Assembly (NCBI GenBank): GCA_963812015.1
Contig: CAWETI010000002.1
Span: forward strand, 1,536,001-1,600,000
Source of the DNA: an uncultured delta proteobacterium
GTDB taxonomy: Bacteria; Desulfobacterota; Desulfobaccia; Desulfobaccales; 0-14-0-80-60-11
Length of the DNA stretch: 64,000 nucleotides
Reading direction: 5' to 3'
In this document: one piece after another, positions 1-8,876 of the stretch
How positions within the stretch are numbered: position 1 is the first letter of the stretch
Layout of the letters: every line of letters begins with the position of its first letter
Made by a program: the position numbers and the translations under genes
Notes under the pieces: model-generated
The model's database searches: none
What the model was told of the DNA's origin: nothing
Seen by the model: the letters and a program-made list of their open reading frames with translations, nothing else

Positions 1-309
1 ACCGCAGACCGATAGGATAACAGTAAACCCGATTGTGGCGGTGACGATATCCTGGAGCAGCTTGGGAACAGGGTGGCCCAAGCGCTTTTCCAAATTCGAC
101 CACAGGAGCGATTGGATAATTCCCGAAGCTAACCATCCGAAAGAGGTCCACACGAAGATTTCGATTAAGACGCCTATGAGATGAGGCAGTTTCCCCCAGC
201 CGAAAACCGTAATTAATCCCTGCAGATACGCCTTAAAATTAAGCAGCAGCAGGGCGCAGAAAACCACCCCTATCTGAAAAACAAATTTTTTTGGATAATT
301 GACTGCCAT
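1..309 (-). CDS. 5' part of a membrane protein, probably MscS-family mechanosensitive channel (runs off the window)
   Basis: Manual translation from ATG 309: MAVNYPKKFVFQIGVVFCALLLL...LEKRLGHPVPKLLQDIVTATIGFTVILSVCG, open to base 1; several hydrophobic helices and a PKLLxDIV segment like MscS N-termini. Not in the ORF track. Confidence 0.55.
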   Translation of the reverse strand, partial: MAVNYPKKFVFQIGVVFCALLLLNFKAYLQGLITVFGWGKLPHLIGVLIEIFVWTSFGWLASGIIQSLLWSNLEKRLGHPVPKLLQDIVTATIGFTVILSVCG

Positions 310-778
310 GGCCTATTTCCCCTAATTTTTTCGGCGATTCCACCAAGACAGATAGATTGCTCCCTTAAGCGTCATCGTAAGAGTTTATCTGACTCAGGTT
401 TTCTTTAACCGGAAGTAATGATCAGCGCTTATGCCAATCAAGAGGTCCCAAGTTTAGCGGATAAAGCAATTTTAATAAATATATAATGTATAGAACCGCA
501 TTTTATCCCTCATGGACGCCCACGGAAACCACAAACCGCGCCGATCGCCGCCGGTCCGCCCCGGCTTCGATCAAGCTCAAGATGGGCAGGTTTCCGGCAA
601 GATATAGTTATTGCAAAAAAAATAATTTCGTTCGGTAACGGCGGGGCCAGTCGGGTCCTGTCCTTTCAGGGCCCAGGGCGCAGTGCCCGGACAAACCAAA
701 GCATAATGAATCGGAAAAACTGTTGGCAATCGCGAGAACCGCACCTGTGCGTAGTTTCACAAAACCCAGCTCGTAGGC

Positions 779-807
779 TTGACAGTGGCAGGAATTCCAA
801 ATAAAAT
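779..807 (+). promoter_or_regulatory. sigma70-type promoter for the aminotransferase-serA operon
   Basis: TTGACA (779-784), 17-nt spacer, TAAAAT (802-807), about 70 nt upstream of ATG 876. Confidence 0.7.
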
Positions 808-875
808 TATTAATTCCACAGGCTTCTTACAAATTCCCTCGCAGGTTTGCGAGGTCGTAAGGTAAGGTACTCACG

Positions 876-2021
876 ATGAAAATGTATTTGATGACCCCGG
901 GACCGACTCCGGTGGCCCCGGAGACCCAGCTGGCTATGGCTCAGCCCATCATTCACCACCGCTCACCCCAATTTATGGAGATCTTGGCGGAGGTGAGAGA
1001 TGGTCTGAAATATCTGTTCCAAACGGAGCAGGAAGTGCTCATGTTCACCGCGACCGGCACCGGCGCCATGGAAGGGTCGGTGGCCAACACCCTGTCCGCC
1101 GGGGATACCGCCCTGGTGGTGGACGGCGGCAAGTTTGGCGAGCGCTGGACCGAACTGTGCAACGTTTACGGGGTCAAGGTGAATCGCCTCGCCGTGGAAT
1201 GGGGCCGGGCCGTGGACCCCAAAGCAGTGGCCAAGATCCTGGATGCCAATCCGGACATCAAGGCGGTCATGGTCCAGGCCAATGAGACCTCCACCGGCGT
1301 GCAGCACCCGGTGAAAGAACTGGCGGCAGTGACCAAAAACCGCCCGGGGACCATCCTGATAGTAGACGCCATCTCGGCTTTGGGCGGCTATGCGCTCCCC
1401 ATGGACGAGTGGGGCATCGACGTGCTGGTGGCGGGTTCGCAGAAGGCCATGATGCTGCCCCCGGGCCTGGCGTTTGCGGCCCTGAGCCCCAAGGCCTGGG
1501 AGTTCGTCAAAAAATCCACCCTGCCCAAATATTACTTTGATTTCACCAAGCAGCTCAAATCCCAGGGGAAGAACCAGACGCCGTATACCTCGCCGGTCTC
1601 CCTGGTTTTGGGCTTGCAGGAAGTCCTGGGCAAGATCAAGAAGTCCGGGCTGGAGAAGATCTATGCCCACAACCGGCGGCTGTCCAGGGCCACCAAGGCG
1701 GCCATGGCGGCGATGGGGCTCAGTCTCTATTCCAAGGACAATGCCTCGGACGTCTTGACCGCAGTGGAGGCCCCGGCCGGGGTTGACGGTCAGAAGGTGG
1801 TGAGCAAGCTCCGGGAGCAGGGGATCTGGATCGCCGGCGGCCAGGCCCAGGCCAAGGGCAAGATCTTCCGCATCGCCCACATGGGCTTCATCGACACCGT
1901 GGATCTCCTGGGCACCCTGGGCGGGCTGGAGACGGTGCTCAATGGATTAGGATACAAGGTCGAACCCGGCGTGGGGCTGCGGGCGGCTCAAGATATCTTG
2001 ACCAAGGAGGCAGGGGCATGA
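876..2021 (+). CDS. class-V PLP aminotransferase (alanine-glyoxylate/serine-pyruvate family; possible SerC substitute)
   Basis: TPGPT N-terminus, HHRS, ETSTGV, VDAIS, GSQK PLP lysine, FRIAHMG; ATGA overlap with serA. Confidence 0.9.
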   Translation: MKMYLMTPGPTPVAPETQLAMAQPIIHHRSPQFMEILAEVRDGLKYLFQTEQEVLMFTATGTGAMEGSVANTLSAGDTALVVDGGKFGERWTELCNVYGVKVNRLAVEWGRAVDPKAVAKILDANPDIKAVMVQANETSTGVQHPVKELAAVTKNRPGTILIVDAISALGGYALPMDEWGIDVLVAGSQKAMMLPPGLAFAALSPKAWEFVKKSTLPKYYFDFTKQLKSQGKNQTPYTSPVSLVLGLQEVLGKIKKSGLEKIYAHNRRLSRATKAAMAAMGLSLYSKDNASDVLTAVEAPAGVDGQKVVSKLREQGIWIAGGQAQAKGKIFRIAHMGFIDTVDLLGTLGGLETVLNGLGYKVEPGVGLRAAQDILTKEAGA

Positions 2022-3601
2022 AAGTCCTGATCAGCGATAACTTACACCAGGCCGGGATTGACATTCTCAAGTCCCATGCCAACATTGAGGTAGTGGCCCG
2101 CCCCGGCATGAAGCCGGAGGAGTTGCTGGCGGAAATCAAGGACGCGGACGCGCTGGTCATCCGCAGCGCCACCAAGGTAACCGCGGATCTAATTGCCGCC
2201 TCGCCCCGGTTAAAGGTGGTGGGTCGGGCCGGCACCGGGCTGGACAACGTGGACATCCCCGCGGCCTCCAAACGTGGCATCGTGGTGATGAACACCCCCG
2301 GAGGCAACACCATCACCACCGCGGAGCACGCCTTGTCGCTCATGATGGCCCTGGCCCGGAACATTCCCCAGGCCTCCCAGTCCATGCGGGAAGGCAAGTG
2401 GGAGAAAAAGAAATTTCAGGGCACCGAACTTTTCAACAAGACCCTGGGAATCATCGGCATGGGGCGCATCGGCACCGTGGTGGCCGAACGGGCCCTGGGC
2501 CTGAGGATGCGGGTGCTGTGCTACGACCCCTTCATTACCAAGGAACTGGCCGCCAAGATCGGGGCGGAGCTGGTCTCCCTGGACGAACTTCTGGCCCGTT
2601 CGGACTTCATCACCATCCACACCCCGAAGACCAAGGACACGGCCAAACTCCTGAGCCGGGAAGCCTTCATGAAGATGAAACCCGGGGTGCGCCTGATCAA
2701 CTGCGCCCGGGGCGGTCTGATCGACGAGGCGGCCTTGCTGGAAGCCTTGAAGGAAGGGAAAGTGGCCGGCGCGGCCCTGGATGTCTACGAGACCGAGCCG
2801 CCCGCCGGTGACTGGCCGCTGCGGGAGATGCCCAATGTCGTCTGCACGCCGCACCTGGGGGCTTCCACCGAGGAGGCCCAGGCCAATGTGGCGGTGGCCG
2901 TGTGTGAGCAGATTCTGGAACTGCTGCTCTACGGGACCATCAAGAACGCGGTGAATGCGCCCTCGGTTTCCCAGGAAGCCATGGGCCAACTGAAGCCTTA
3001 TCTCACTTTGGCCGAGGCCCTGGGGGCTTTTCAGGCCCAGATCAGCGAAGGGGCCATCACCTCCGTGGCCATTGCCTATGTCGGCGAGGTGGCCAAGCTG
3101 GACACCAAGCCTCTGACCCATTCCATCCTGAAAGGCATGCTCTCCCTGGTGGTGGGCGATGAAGTCAACTACGTCAACGCCCCCTCCATGGCGGCCTCCC
3201 GGGGTATCCACATCAGCGAAGAGAAAGTGGACTCCACGGAGGATTTCTCCACCCTGATCCGTCTGACCGTCAAGGCCGGACGTGAGGAAAACGTGGTGGC
3301 CGGCACCATCTTCGGAAAATATGAGCCGCGCCTGGTGCGGATCAACAAGTTCCGCATGGAGGTCGTCCCCGAGGGGCACATGCTGTTCATTTACAACACC
3401 GACCGCCCCGGGGTAATCGGCGCCATCGGCTCCACCATCGGCAAGCATAGCATCAACATCGCCCGGATGACCGTGGGCCAGGAGAAGGAGCGGGGACAGA
3501 ACGTCATCCTGCTCACCACCGACACGCCCGTGACCCCGGAATGTCTCAAGGATGTGCTGGCCCTGGAACATGTGGCCATGGCCTATCAGTTGGAGCTCTA
3601 A
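2018..3601 (+). CDS. serA: D-3-phosphoglycerate dehydrogenase (long form with ASB and ACT domains)
   Basis: RAGTGLDNVD, GMGRIG, INCARGG, TPHLGAST, C-terminal ACT DRPGVIG. Confidence 0.95.
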   Translation: MKVLISDNLHQAGIDILKSHANIEVVARPGMKPEELLAEIKDADALVIRSATKVTADLIAASPRLKVVGRAGTGLDNVDIPAASKRGIVVMNTPGGNTITTAEHALSLMMALARNIPQASQSMREGKWEKKKFQGTELFNKTLGIIGMGRIGTVVAERALGLRMRVLCYDPFITKELAAKIGAELVSLDELLARSDFITIHTPKTKDTAKLLSREAFMKMKPGVRLINCARGGLIDEAALLEALKEGKVAGAALDVYETEPPAGDWPLREMPNVVCTPHLGASTEEAQANVAVAVCEQILELLLYGTIKNAVNAPSVSQEAMGQLKPYLTLAEALGAFQAQISEGAITSVAIAYVGEVAKLDTKPLTHSILKGMLSLVVGDEVNYVNAPSMAASRGIHISEEKVDSTEDFSTLIRLTVKAGREENVVAGTIFGKYEPRLVRINKFRMEVVPEGHMLFIYNTDRPGVIGAIGSTIGKHSINIARMTVGQEKERGQNVILLTTDTPVTPECLKDVLALEHVAMAYQLEL

Positions 3602-3633
3602 AGTATTGCGACACGTAGACGCCGGAGGCAGGC

Positions 3634-4071
3634 ATGGGTGAGTCCGAAGATAAAGGTTATTCCGTCGAGGACCGGCGTTATCTCCATATGAGCGAGGAAG
3701 AGAAGGCCAAACGGCGGGAGGCGGCTGCCGAAGATGCGGTCAAAGCGGCTGCGGCTGAAGAAGCCTTTCAGGAGGCTTCCCATAAGGCCGCGTCTGAGGG
3801 CGACCAAACCGGCCAGGAAGTCCCCTTGCCGGACATCACCTTCTCTTCCCTGATCTTCTCGTTAAGTTCCTCGGCTTTTGTCGGCCTAGGGGCTATTCCG
3901 GACCCCAACACCGGCAAGACGGAAAAGAACCTTGACCTGGCCAAGCAGACCATCGATCTGCTGGGCATCCTGCGGGAAAAAACCCGGAACAACCTGAGCC
4001 AGGAGGAGGAAAACCTCTTCGATCACCTGCTCTATGATTTACGGATGTCGTATGTCAGGGAGATCGGCTGA
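3634..4071 (+). CDS. DUF1844-family protein
   Basis: N-terminal VEDRR; C-terminal LAKQTIDLLGILREKTRNNL...LYDLRM pattern; typical position upstream of ispE. Confidence 0.8.
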   Translation: MGESEDKGYSVEDRRYLHMSEEEKAKRREAAAEDAVKAAAAEEAFQEASHKAASEGDQTGQEVPLPDITFSSLIFSLSSSAFVGLGAIPDPNTGKTEKNLDLAKQTIDLLGILREKTRNNLSQEEENLFDHLLYDLRMSYVREIG

Positions 4072-4964
4072 TTACGGACGCCGCCGGGGAAGCGATCCGG
4101 GTACTGTGCCCCGCCAAGGTTAACCTCTACCTCAGGGTGGTGGGGCGCCGCGCCGATGGTTACCATGAACTGGTGACCGTGATGCAGCCCTTGACCATGG
4201 CCGATGAATTGACCGTAAGCCTGGCCGGGCAGGGTATCAGCCTGGAATGCGACCATCCGGAGCTGCCCCGGGGGGAAGAGAACCTGGTCTGGCGCGCCGC
4301 CCGACGGTTTCAGGAAGAGACTGGCCAGAAGTTGGGGGTGCGCCTGAACCTGCGCAAGCGGATTCCCGTGGCCGCGGGACTGGGAGGCGGGAGCAGCGAC
4401 GCGGCCGGGACCCTGTTGGCCTTGAATGACCTGGCCGGGGCGCCTCTTTCCCAGACCCGGTTGCACCGTCTGGCCAGCCTCCTGGGGGCGGATGTGCCGT
4501 TTTTTCTCAACCGGGGACCGGCGGTGGGGCGGGGCACCGGCACTGAGCTCAGTGTCGTGACCTTGCTCCCTTACTGGTATTTGCTGGTTAATCCGGGTGT
4601 GCCCCTGTCCACCCGCTGGGTCTATGAAAATCTCGATCTGGCCGGCCTGCCGGGGCCGCCGGCGATTGAGGCCTGGGACCCGGACCATCCGGAAACCTGG
4701 GTGCGCAACGATCTGGGGACGGTGGCGCTGAAGCGTTTTCCGGAACTGGGGGGGCTTCTGGCAGGACTGAAGGAATCAGGGGCCTGGTGCCAGGGCATTT
4801 CCGGGAGCGGCCCCACTTTATTCGGCCTGTTCCGAAGCCGGGAGGCGGCGCAGCAGGCGGGCCAGAGGTTACGCCGGACCTTCCGGGGCTGGCTGGCCGT
4901 AGCCCGGGGCCTCACCGGCCCGGAACCCGAGACGACCTGGGAGAACCACGCATGGATGATCTAA
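4068..4964 (+). CDS. ispE: 4-diphosphocytidyl-2-C-methyl-D-erythritol kinase (probable CTG start at 4068)
   Basis: PAKVNLYL motif lies upstream of the ORF-track start 4137; GYHEL, IPVAAGLGGGSSDAA, LGADVPFF, SGSGPT. Confidence 0.93.
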   Translation: MITDAAGEAIRVLCPAKVNLYLRVVGRRADGYHELVTVMQPLTMADELTVSLAGQGISLECDHPELPRGEENLVWRAARRFQEETGQKLGVRLNLRKRIPVAAGLGGGSSDAAGTLLALNDLAGAPLSQTRLHRLASLLGADVPFFLNRGPAVGRGTGTELSVVTLLPYWYLLVNPGVPLSTRWVYENLDLAGLPGPPAIEAWDPDHPETWVRNDLGTVALKRFPELGGLLAGLKESGAWCQGISGSGPTLFGLFRSREAAQQAGQRLRRTFRGWLAVARGLTGPEPETTWENHAWMI

Positions 4965-5887
4965 AGGTCTTTAGCGGCAACGCCAACCGCCCTCTGGCGG
5001 AGAAGATTTGCCAGCATCTCGAAATACCTCTGGGAGATGCAGCGGTGGGACATTTTTCTGACGGGGAAATCTCGGTGGAGTTTCGGGAGAATGTCCGAGG
5101 TAAGGATGTTTACATCGTGCAGCCCACGTCCATGCCCTGCAACGAACACCTCTTAGAACTGCTTATCATGATTGACGCCCTGAAACGGGCTTCGGCGCGC
5201 TGTATCACGGCCGTGGTGACTTATTACGCCTACGCCCGCCAGGATCGGAAGACCGCGCCCCGGACCCCCATTTCCGCCAAGCTGGTGGCCGATCTCATCA
5301 CCACCGCCGGGGCCAACCGGATGATCACCATGGACTTACATACCGGGCAGATTCAGGGATTTTTCAATATTCCGGTGGACCATATTTATGCGGCCCCTGT
5401 GACCCTGGAGTATATTCGCGAAAATTTCACCGGGGACGTGGTGGTGGTGTCTCCCGATGCCGGCGGGGTGGAGCGGGCCCGGGCCTTTGCCAAGCGCCTG
5501 GACACCTCCCTGGCGATCATCGATAAGCGGCGGGACGCCACGGCCATCAAGGCCATGACCCTGATCGGCAATGTCTGGGGCAAGGAGGCCATCATCCTGG
5601 ATGACATGGTCGCCACCGGCGCCACCCTGACCATGGCGGCGGAACTCCTGATGCGCCACGGGGTGCGGGCGGTCCATGCCTGCGTCACCCACCCGGTGAT
5701 GTCGCGCAACGCCGTAAGCAACCTCCAGGGGTCCATGGTCCAGACCCTGGCGGTCACCGACACCATTCCTCTCACCCCCGAGGCCTCGGCCCTGGAAAAA
5801 ATCCGGGTCCTGTCCGTGGCTCCGCTCCTGGGGGAGGCCATCAAGAGGATCCACAATCAGGATTCAGTGAGCTCTCTGTTCGTGTGA
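4952..5887 (+). CDS. prs: ribose-phosphate pyrophosphokinase
   Basis: Starts MDDLKVFSGN; FSDGE, YARQDRK, DLHTGQIQGFF, VSPDAGG, C-terminal SVSSLF. Confidence 0.95.
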   Translation: MDDLKVFSGNANRPLAEKICQHLEIPLGDAAVGHFSDGEISVEFRENVRGKDVYIVQPTSMPCNEHLLELLIMIDALKRASARCITAVVTYYAYARQDRKTAPRTPISAKLVADLITTAGANRMITMDLHTGQIQGFFNIPVDHIYAAPVTLEYIRENFTGDVVVVSPDAGGVERARAFAKRLDTSLAIIDKRRDATAIKAMTLIGNVWGKEAIILDDMVATGATLTMAAELLMRHGVRAVHACVTHPVMSRNAVSNLQGSMVQTLAVTDTIPLTPEASALEKIRVLSVAPLLGEAIKRIHNQDSVSSLFV

Positions 5888-5890
5888 GGG

Positions 5891-6028
5891 AGCGGTCAGC
5901 AGTCAGCTTTCCACAATCAGCGGCTTTCATCATTTTCTTGTGTTCTCATGCCGTTCCGGTTGATAATCTTTCAAGGCGTAGAATCTCGCTGTTTTCAGCG
6001 GTAAGCTGATATGCCTACTGATAGCTGA
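5891..6028. repeat. degenerate heptamer micro-repeats (GTCAGC/GCTGA type) in the prs-pth spacer
   Basis: agcggtcagcagtcagc at the left; tcagcggtaagctga and ctgatagctga at the right, partly inverted. Confidence 0.4.
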
Positions 6029-6036
6029 AGGCTCAT

Positions 6037-6618
6037 ATGCGATTGATCGTGGGATTAGGGAATCCCGGCCGGGAGTATGCCTGGACCCGGCATAATCTGG
6101 GATTCCAGGTGGCGGCGCATCTATCGGAACTTTGGGGTATTCCGTTAAACCGCCACAGTCATGCCTCGGTCTGGGGCCGGGGACGGGTGGGATCGGAGGC
6201 CGTCATCCTGGCCCAGCCCACCACGTTCATGAATCTAAGCGGTCAGGCGGTGTCCCGCCTCATGGCCTATTTCAAGCTCACTCCCGGGGATTTAGTGGTC
6301 ATCCATGACGATCTGGATGTGCCTTTGTGGCGCCTTAAGCTCACGACGCGGGGCGGCCCCGGAGGCCATCGGGGCGTTCTGGACCTCATTGCGACTCTGC
6401 ACACGGAGGAGTTTCTCAGGGTCAAGCTGGGGATTGGCCGGCCCGCCCCCGGAATGCCGACGGAACGATATGTGCTGTCGCCTTTCCCGGCTGAGGACGC
6501 TGAAAACGTGGCTGAACTGATCGAACGGGGGGGCCAGGCGGTGGCGACGTTGCTGACGGAAGGGCTTACTGCGGCCCAAAACCGCTTCCACGGAGAGGCG
6601 ATCGATTCGAAAGAATAG
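6037..6618 (+). CDS. pth: peptidyl-tRNA hydrolase
   Basis: LIVGLGNPG, TRHNLGF, FMNLSG, HDDLD, GGHRG, LGIGRP. Confidence 0.95.
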   Translation: MRLIVGLGNPGREYAWTRHNLGFQVAAHLSELWGIPLNRHSHASVWGRGRVGSEAVILAQPTTFMNLSGQAVSRLMAYFKLTPGDLVVIHDDLDVPLWRLKLTTRGGPGGHRGVLDLIATLHTEEFLRVKLGIGRPAPGMPTERYVLSPFPAEDAENVAELIERGGQAVATLLTEGLTAAQNRFHGEAIDSKE

Positions 6619-6628
6619 AACTTATACC

Positions 6629-6668
6629 GGTGGCACAGGCAACTCGCCTGCGCCACCATTTGGTTTTG
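6629..6668 (+). terminator. hairpin after pth (possible intrinsic terminator)
   Basis: GGTGGCACAGGC-AACTC-GCCTGCGCCACC followed by atttggtttt. Confidence 0.45.
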
Positions 6669-6728
6669 GAGCTTTTCCAGCCAGTCGCAGATGAGCCTTT
6701 GCTTCACGCGAAACTATGAAGGTCCCTG

Positions 6729-6756
6729 GTAGGGGCGGTTCGCGAACCGCCCCTAC
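6729..6756. repeat. GTAG-type REP-like perfect 28-bp palindrome
   Basis: GTAGGGGCGGTTCG|CGAACCGCCCCTAC; near-identical copy at 20203-20230. Confidence 0.8.
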
Positions 6757-6816
6757 GGGGACTTTTCCCGTGATGTGATAGCGTTTGCCACAAAATCATT
6801 TCACTGGCTGATTTTT

Positions 6817-6902
6817 AAATCCCCCTCAATCCCCCTTTGCCAAAGGGGGACTTGATTGTCAATTTTCCTTGGTCCCCCCGTTGCTCAAGGAGGGCAGGGG
6901 GG
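6817..6902. repeat. C-tract/G-tract hairpin repeat
   Basis: aaatccccctcaatccccctttgccaaaggggga then cccccgttgctcaaggagggcagggggg; similar tract near 52606-52633. Confidence 0.5.
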
Positions 6903-6978
6903 TTGGTTTTGAGAACATTTCCCATAAGGGAAAAACCTTTTGCATTCGCTATGATTGATAGCGGGGGAGGGATGGAGC

Positions 6979-7467
6979 ATGCCGCCCAAAAGGGATGATG
7001 ACGACCGGGAACGGCCCAGCTGGCGGGAGATCGACCAGCGGCGGGACGGCACGCGCCACCGGGGACCGGCGCGGCCCCCGGTGTCCAAGCCCCAGGCGGA
7101 GTCGATCCGCAAACAGGCCCTGGCCCAGGCCGAGGCCCTGTTTAAGGGCAAACGGGCCCGGCCGGAATATCAAGCCGATCTAAAAAAGTTGGAAGCCAGC
7201 CACGGCGGCAAGAAATTCCCCGGACTGGCGAAAAAATTTCTGGAGGAGTACGGGTTGCCGGAAGAGTGGGGCGCCCTGACCCGGTTTCTGGATTATGCCG
7301 ACCCCACGGTGGTGGTGGAAGTGCTCCAGGCCATGGCGGGCCAGGCGGCAAAGCGCAGCCGGGTGGAGCAGCAGGGTTTCAAGGGCCGCTTGCAGGTTCT
7401 GGCCTTAACCAGCCCTCATGGGGAAGTGCGGCGGGTGGCTGAGGAGATTCTGGCCGGAATGGCGTGA
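6979..7467 (+). CDS. hypothetical protein (charged N-terminus with SWREID motif, helical C-terminus)
   Basis: ORF with GC-rich coding bias; GGAGG about 7-8 nt upstream of ATG 6979. Confidence 0.7.
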   Translation: MPPKRDDDDRERPSWREIDQRRDGTRHRGPARPPVSKPQAESIRKQALAQAEALFKGKRARPEYQADLKKLEASHGGKKFPGLAKKFLEEYGLPEEWGALTRFLDYADPTVVVEVLQAMAGQAAKRSRVEQQGFKGRLQVLALTSPHGEVRRVAEEILAGMA

Positions 7468-7513
7468 TGAAGGCGTGGTCACTTTAATTTAATTAAATTG
7501 ATGAATAAATAAA

Positions 7514-7543
7514 TTGACAGTAATTTTACTAATGTTGTATTAT
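7514..7543 (+). promoter_or_regulatory. sigma70-type promoter with AT-rich upstream tract
   Basis: TTGACA 7514-7519, 18 nt, TATTAT 7538-7543; very AT-rich 7482-7513. Confidence 0.55.
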
Positions 7544-7644
7544 CGAACCTACTTACATGATGTGGAGGAGTTATCATAAACTTATAGCATAGTTGCATCT
7601 TAACAACCTCAAGGACCATCTACGGCAGCACAAGGAGGTGCGGA

Positions 7645-8679
7645 ATGATCAGGAATGATCACCGTGTGGTTCGAGGGCTAGAAGACCCCTTCGACCCGTC
7701 TCGGATTCCCGAATTAACCGACATCATCACCGCAGACCCGCATTTCCAGGAAATCCTGGCCTGGCTGCCCATCTGCGCCGGCTCCGATCTCCCCATTCTC
7801 CTCACCGGGGAGCCCGGCACCGGCAAAGAACTGGTGGCCAGGGCTATTTATGCGCTGGGGCCGGCCTGGAGCCGGACCTACCAGCGCCTCAACTGCGCCG
7901 CCCTGACGGAGTCCCTGTCCTCCAGCGAGCTGTTTGGGCACATACAGGGGGCTTTTACCGGGGCGAGCCACGCCCGTCCGGGCAAGTTCAAGCTGGCCCA
8001 TGGGGGGACCCTGTTCCTGGATGAAGTGGGGGAACTGCCCCTGTCCATCCAACCCAAACTCCTCCGGGCGGTGGAGCAAGGGGAGATCGAACCGGTGGGC
8101 GGCGATGCCAGCGTCAAGGTGGATGTGCGCCTGATCGCCGCCACCAACCAGGATCTTGCCGGCCTCATTGCCCAGGGACGCTTCCGCCAGGATCTGTACG
8201 ACCGGTTGGCGGTACTGGCCATCCATCTGCCGCCCTTGCGGGAGCGCCCCGCTGACATCCTGCTCTTAGCGGAGCATTTCGGCCGGGAGGCGGCCCAACG
8301 CTATGGCCGAGGCCAGTCTTTGCAGTTCAGCAACGCCGCCCGGCGCCGACTGGGGAGACAGGCCTGGCCGGGTAATGCCCGGGAACTCAAGAACGTGGTC
8401 ACCCGGGCCGTGCTGTTAAGTTCAGGCAGCCTCATCCGGGAGCAGGATCTGTTTTTTAACCCGGGGAAGTGTTTGCCGCCGAAGCTTACCCCGGACCCGG
8501 GGGAAGGGGGGCTGGCGTCCCGTCCCTCGGCGGGGCGACTGAGGGAACTTTTGGCGTCGGAAGGGGGGAACGTGGCGGCTTTGTCGCGCCGCCTCCAAGT
8601 CTGCAGCAAGACCATCTATCGCTGGGTCAAAACCTATCACATTAATCTGATGGACAGCCGTGACGCCGCGGTAGTTTGA
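7645..8679 (+). CDS. sigma54-dependent enhancer-binding protein (AAA+ and Fis-type HTH, no N-terminal sensor)
   Basis: GEPGTGKE, ELFGH, GAFTGA, LFLDEVGE, WPGNAREL, C-terminal HTH; AGGAGG SD. Confidence 0.92.
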   Translation: MIRNDHRVVRGLEDPFDPSRIPELTDIITADPHFQEILAWLPICAGSDLPILLTGEPGTGKELVARAIYALGPAWSRTYQRLNCAALTESLSSSELFGHIQGAFTGASHARPGKFKLAHGGTLFLDEVGELPLSIQPKLLRAVEQGEIEPVGGDASVKVDVRLIAATNQDLAGLIAQGRFRQDLYDRLAVLAIHLPPLRERPADILLLAEHFGREAAQRYGRGQSLQFSNAARRRLGRQAWPGNARELKNVVTRAVLLSSGSLIREQDLFFNPGKCLPPKLTPDPGEGGLASRPSAGRLRELLASEGGNVAALSRRLQVCSKTIYRWVKTYHINLMDSRDAAVV

Positions 8680-8818
8680 GCTTTAAAAGGGCACAGCACG
8701 GTTGGCCCGCTATGGTTACTATACGAGGCGGGGACAGGTTCGCCCCTACGATACGCCGTTTTTTGCATACAACTCAGTATTACGGGTGGGCCGCAGGCCC
8801 ATGAACGACTGTCTGGGC

Positions 8819-8854
8819 AAAAAAAACCGCCCTCCTTGGCGGGAAGGCGGCGGT
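8819..8854 (-). terminator. intrinsic terminator of the nuo operon
   Basis: On the minus strand, GC hairpin accgccgccttc...ggagggcggt followed by a T-run, about 20 nt after the nuoN stop. Confidence 0.6.
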
Positions 8855-8876
8855 GGTTGACGGGGGTGAGGCGGGA

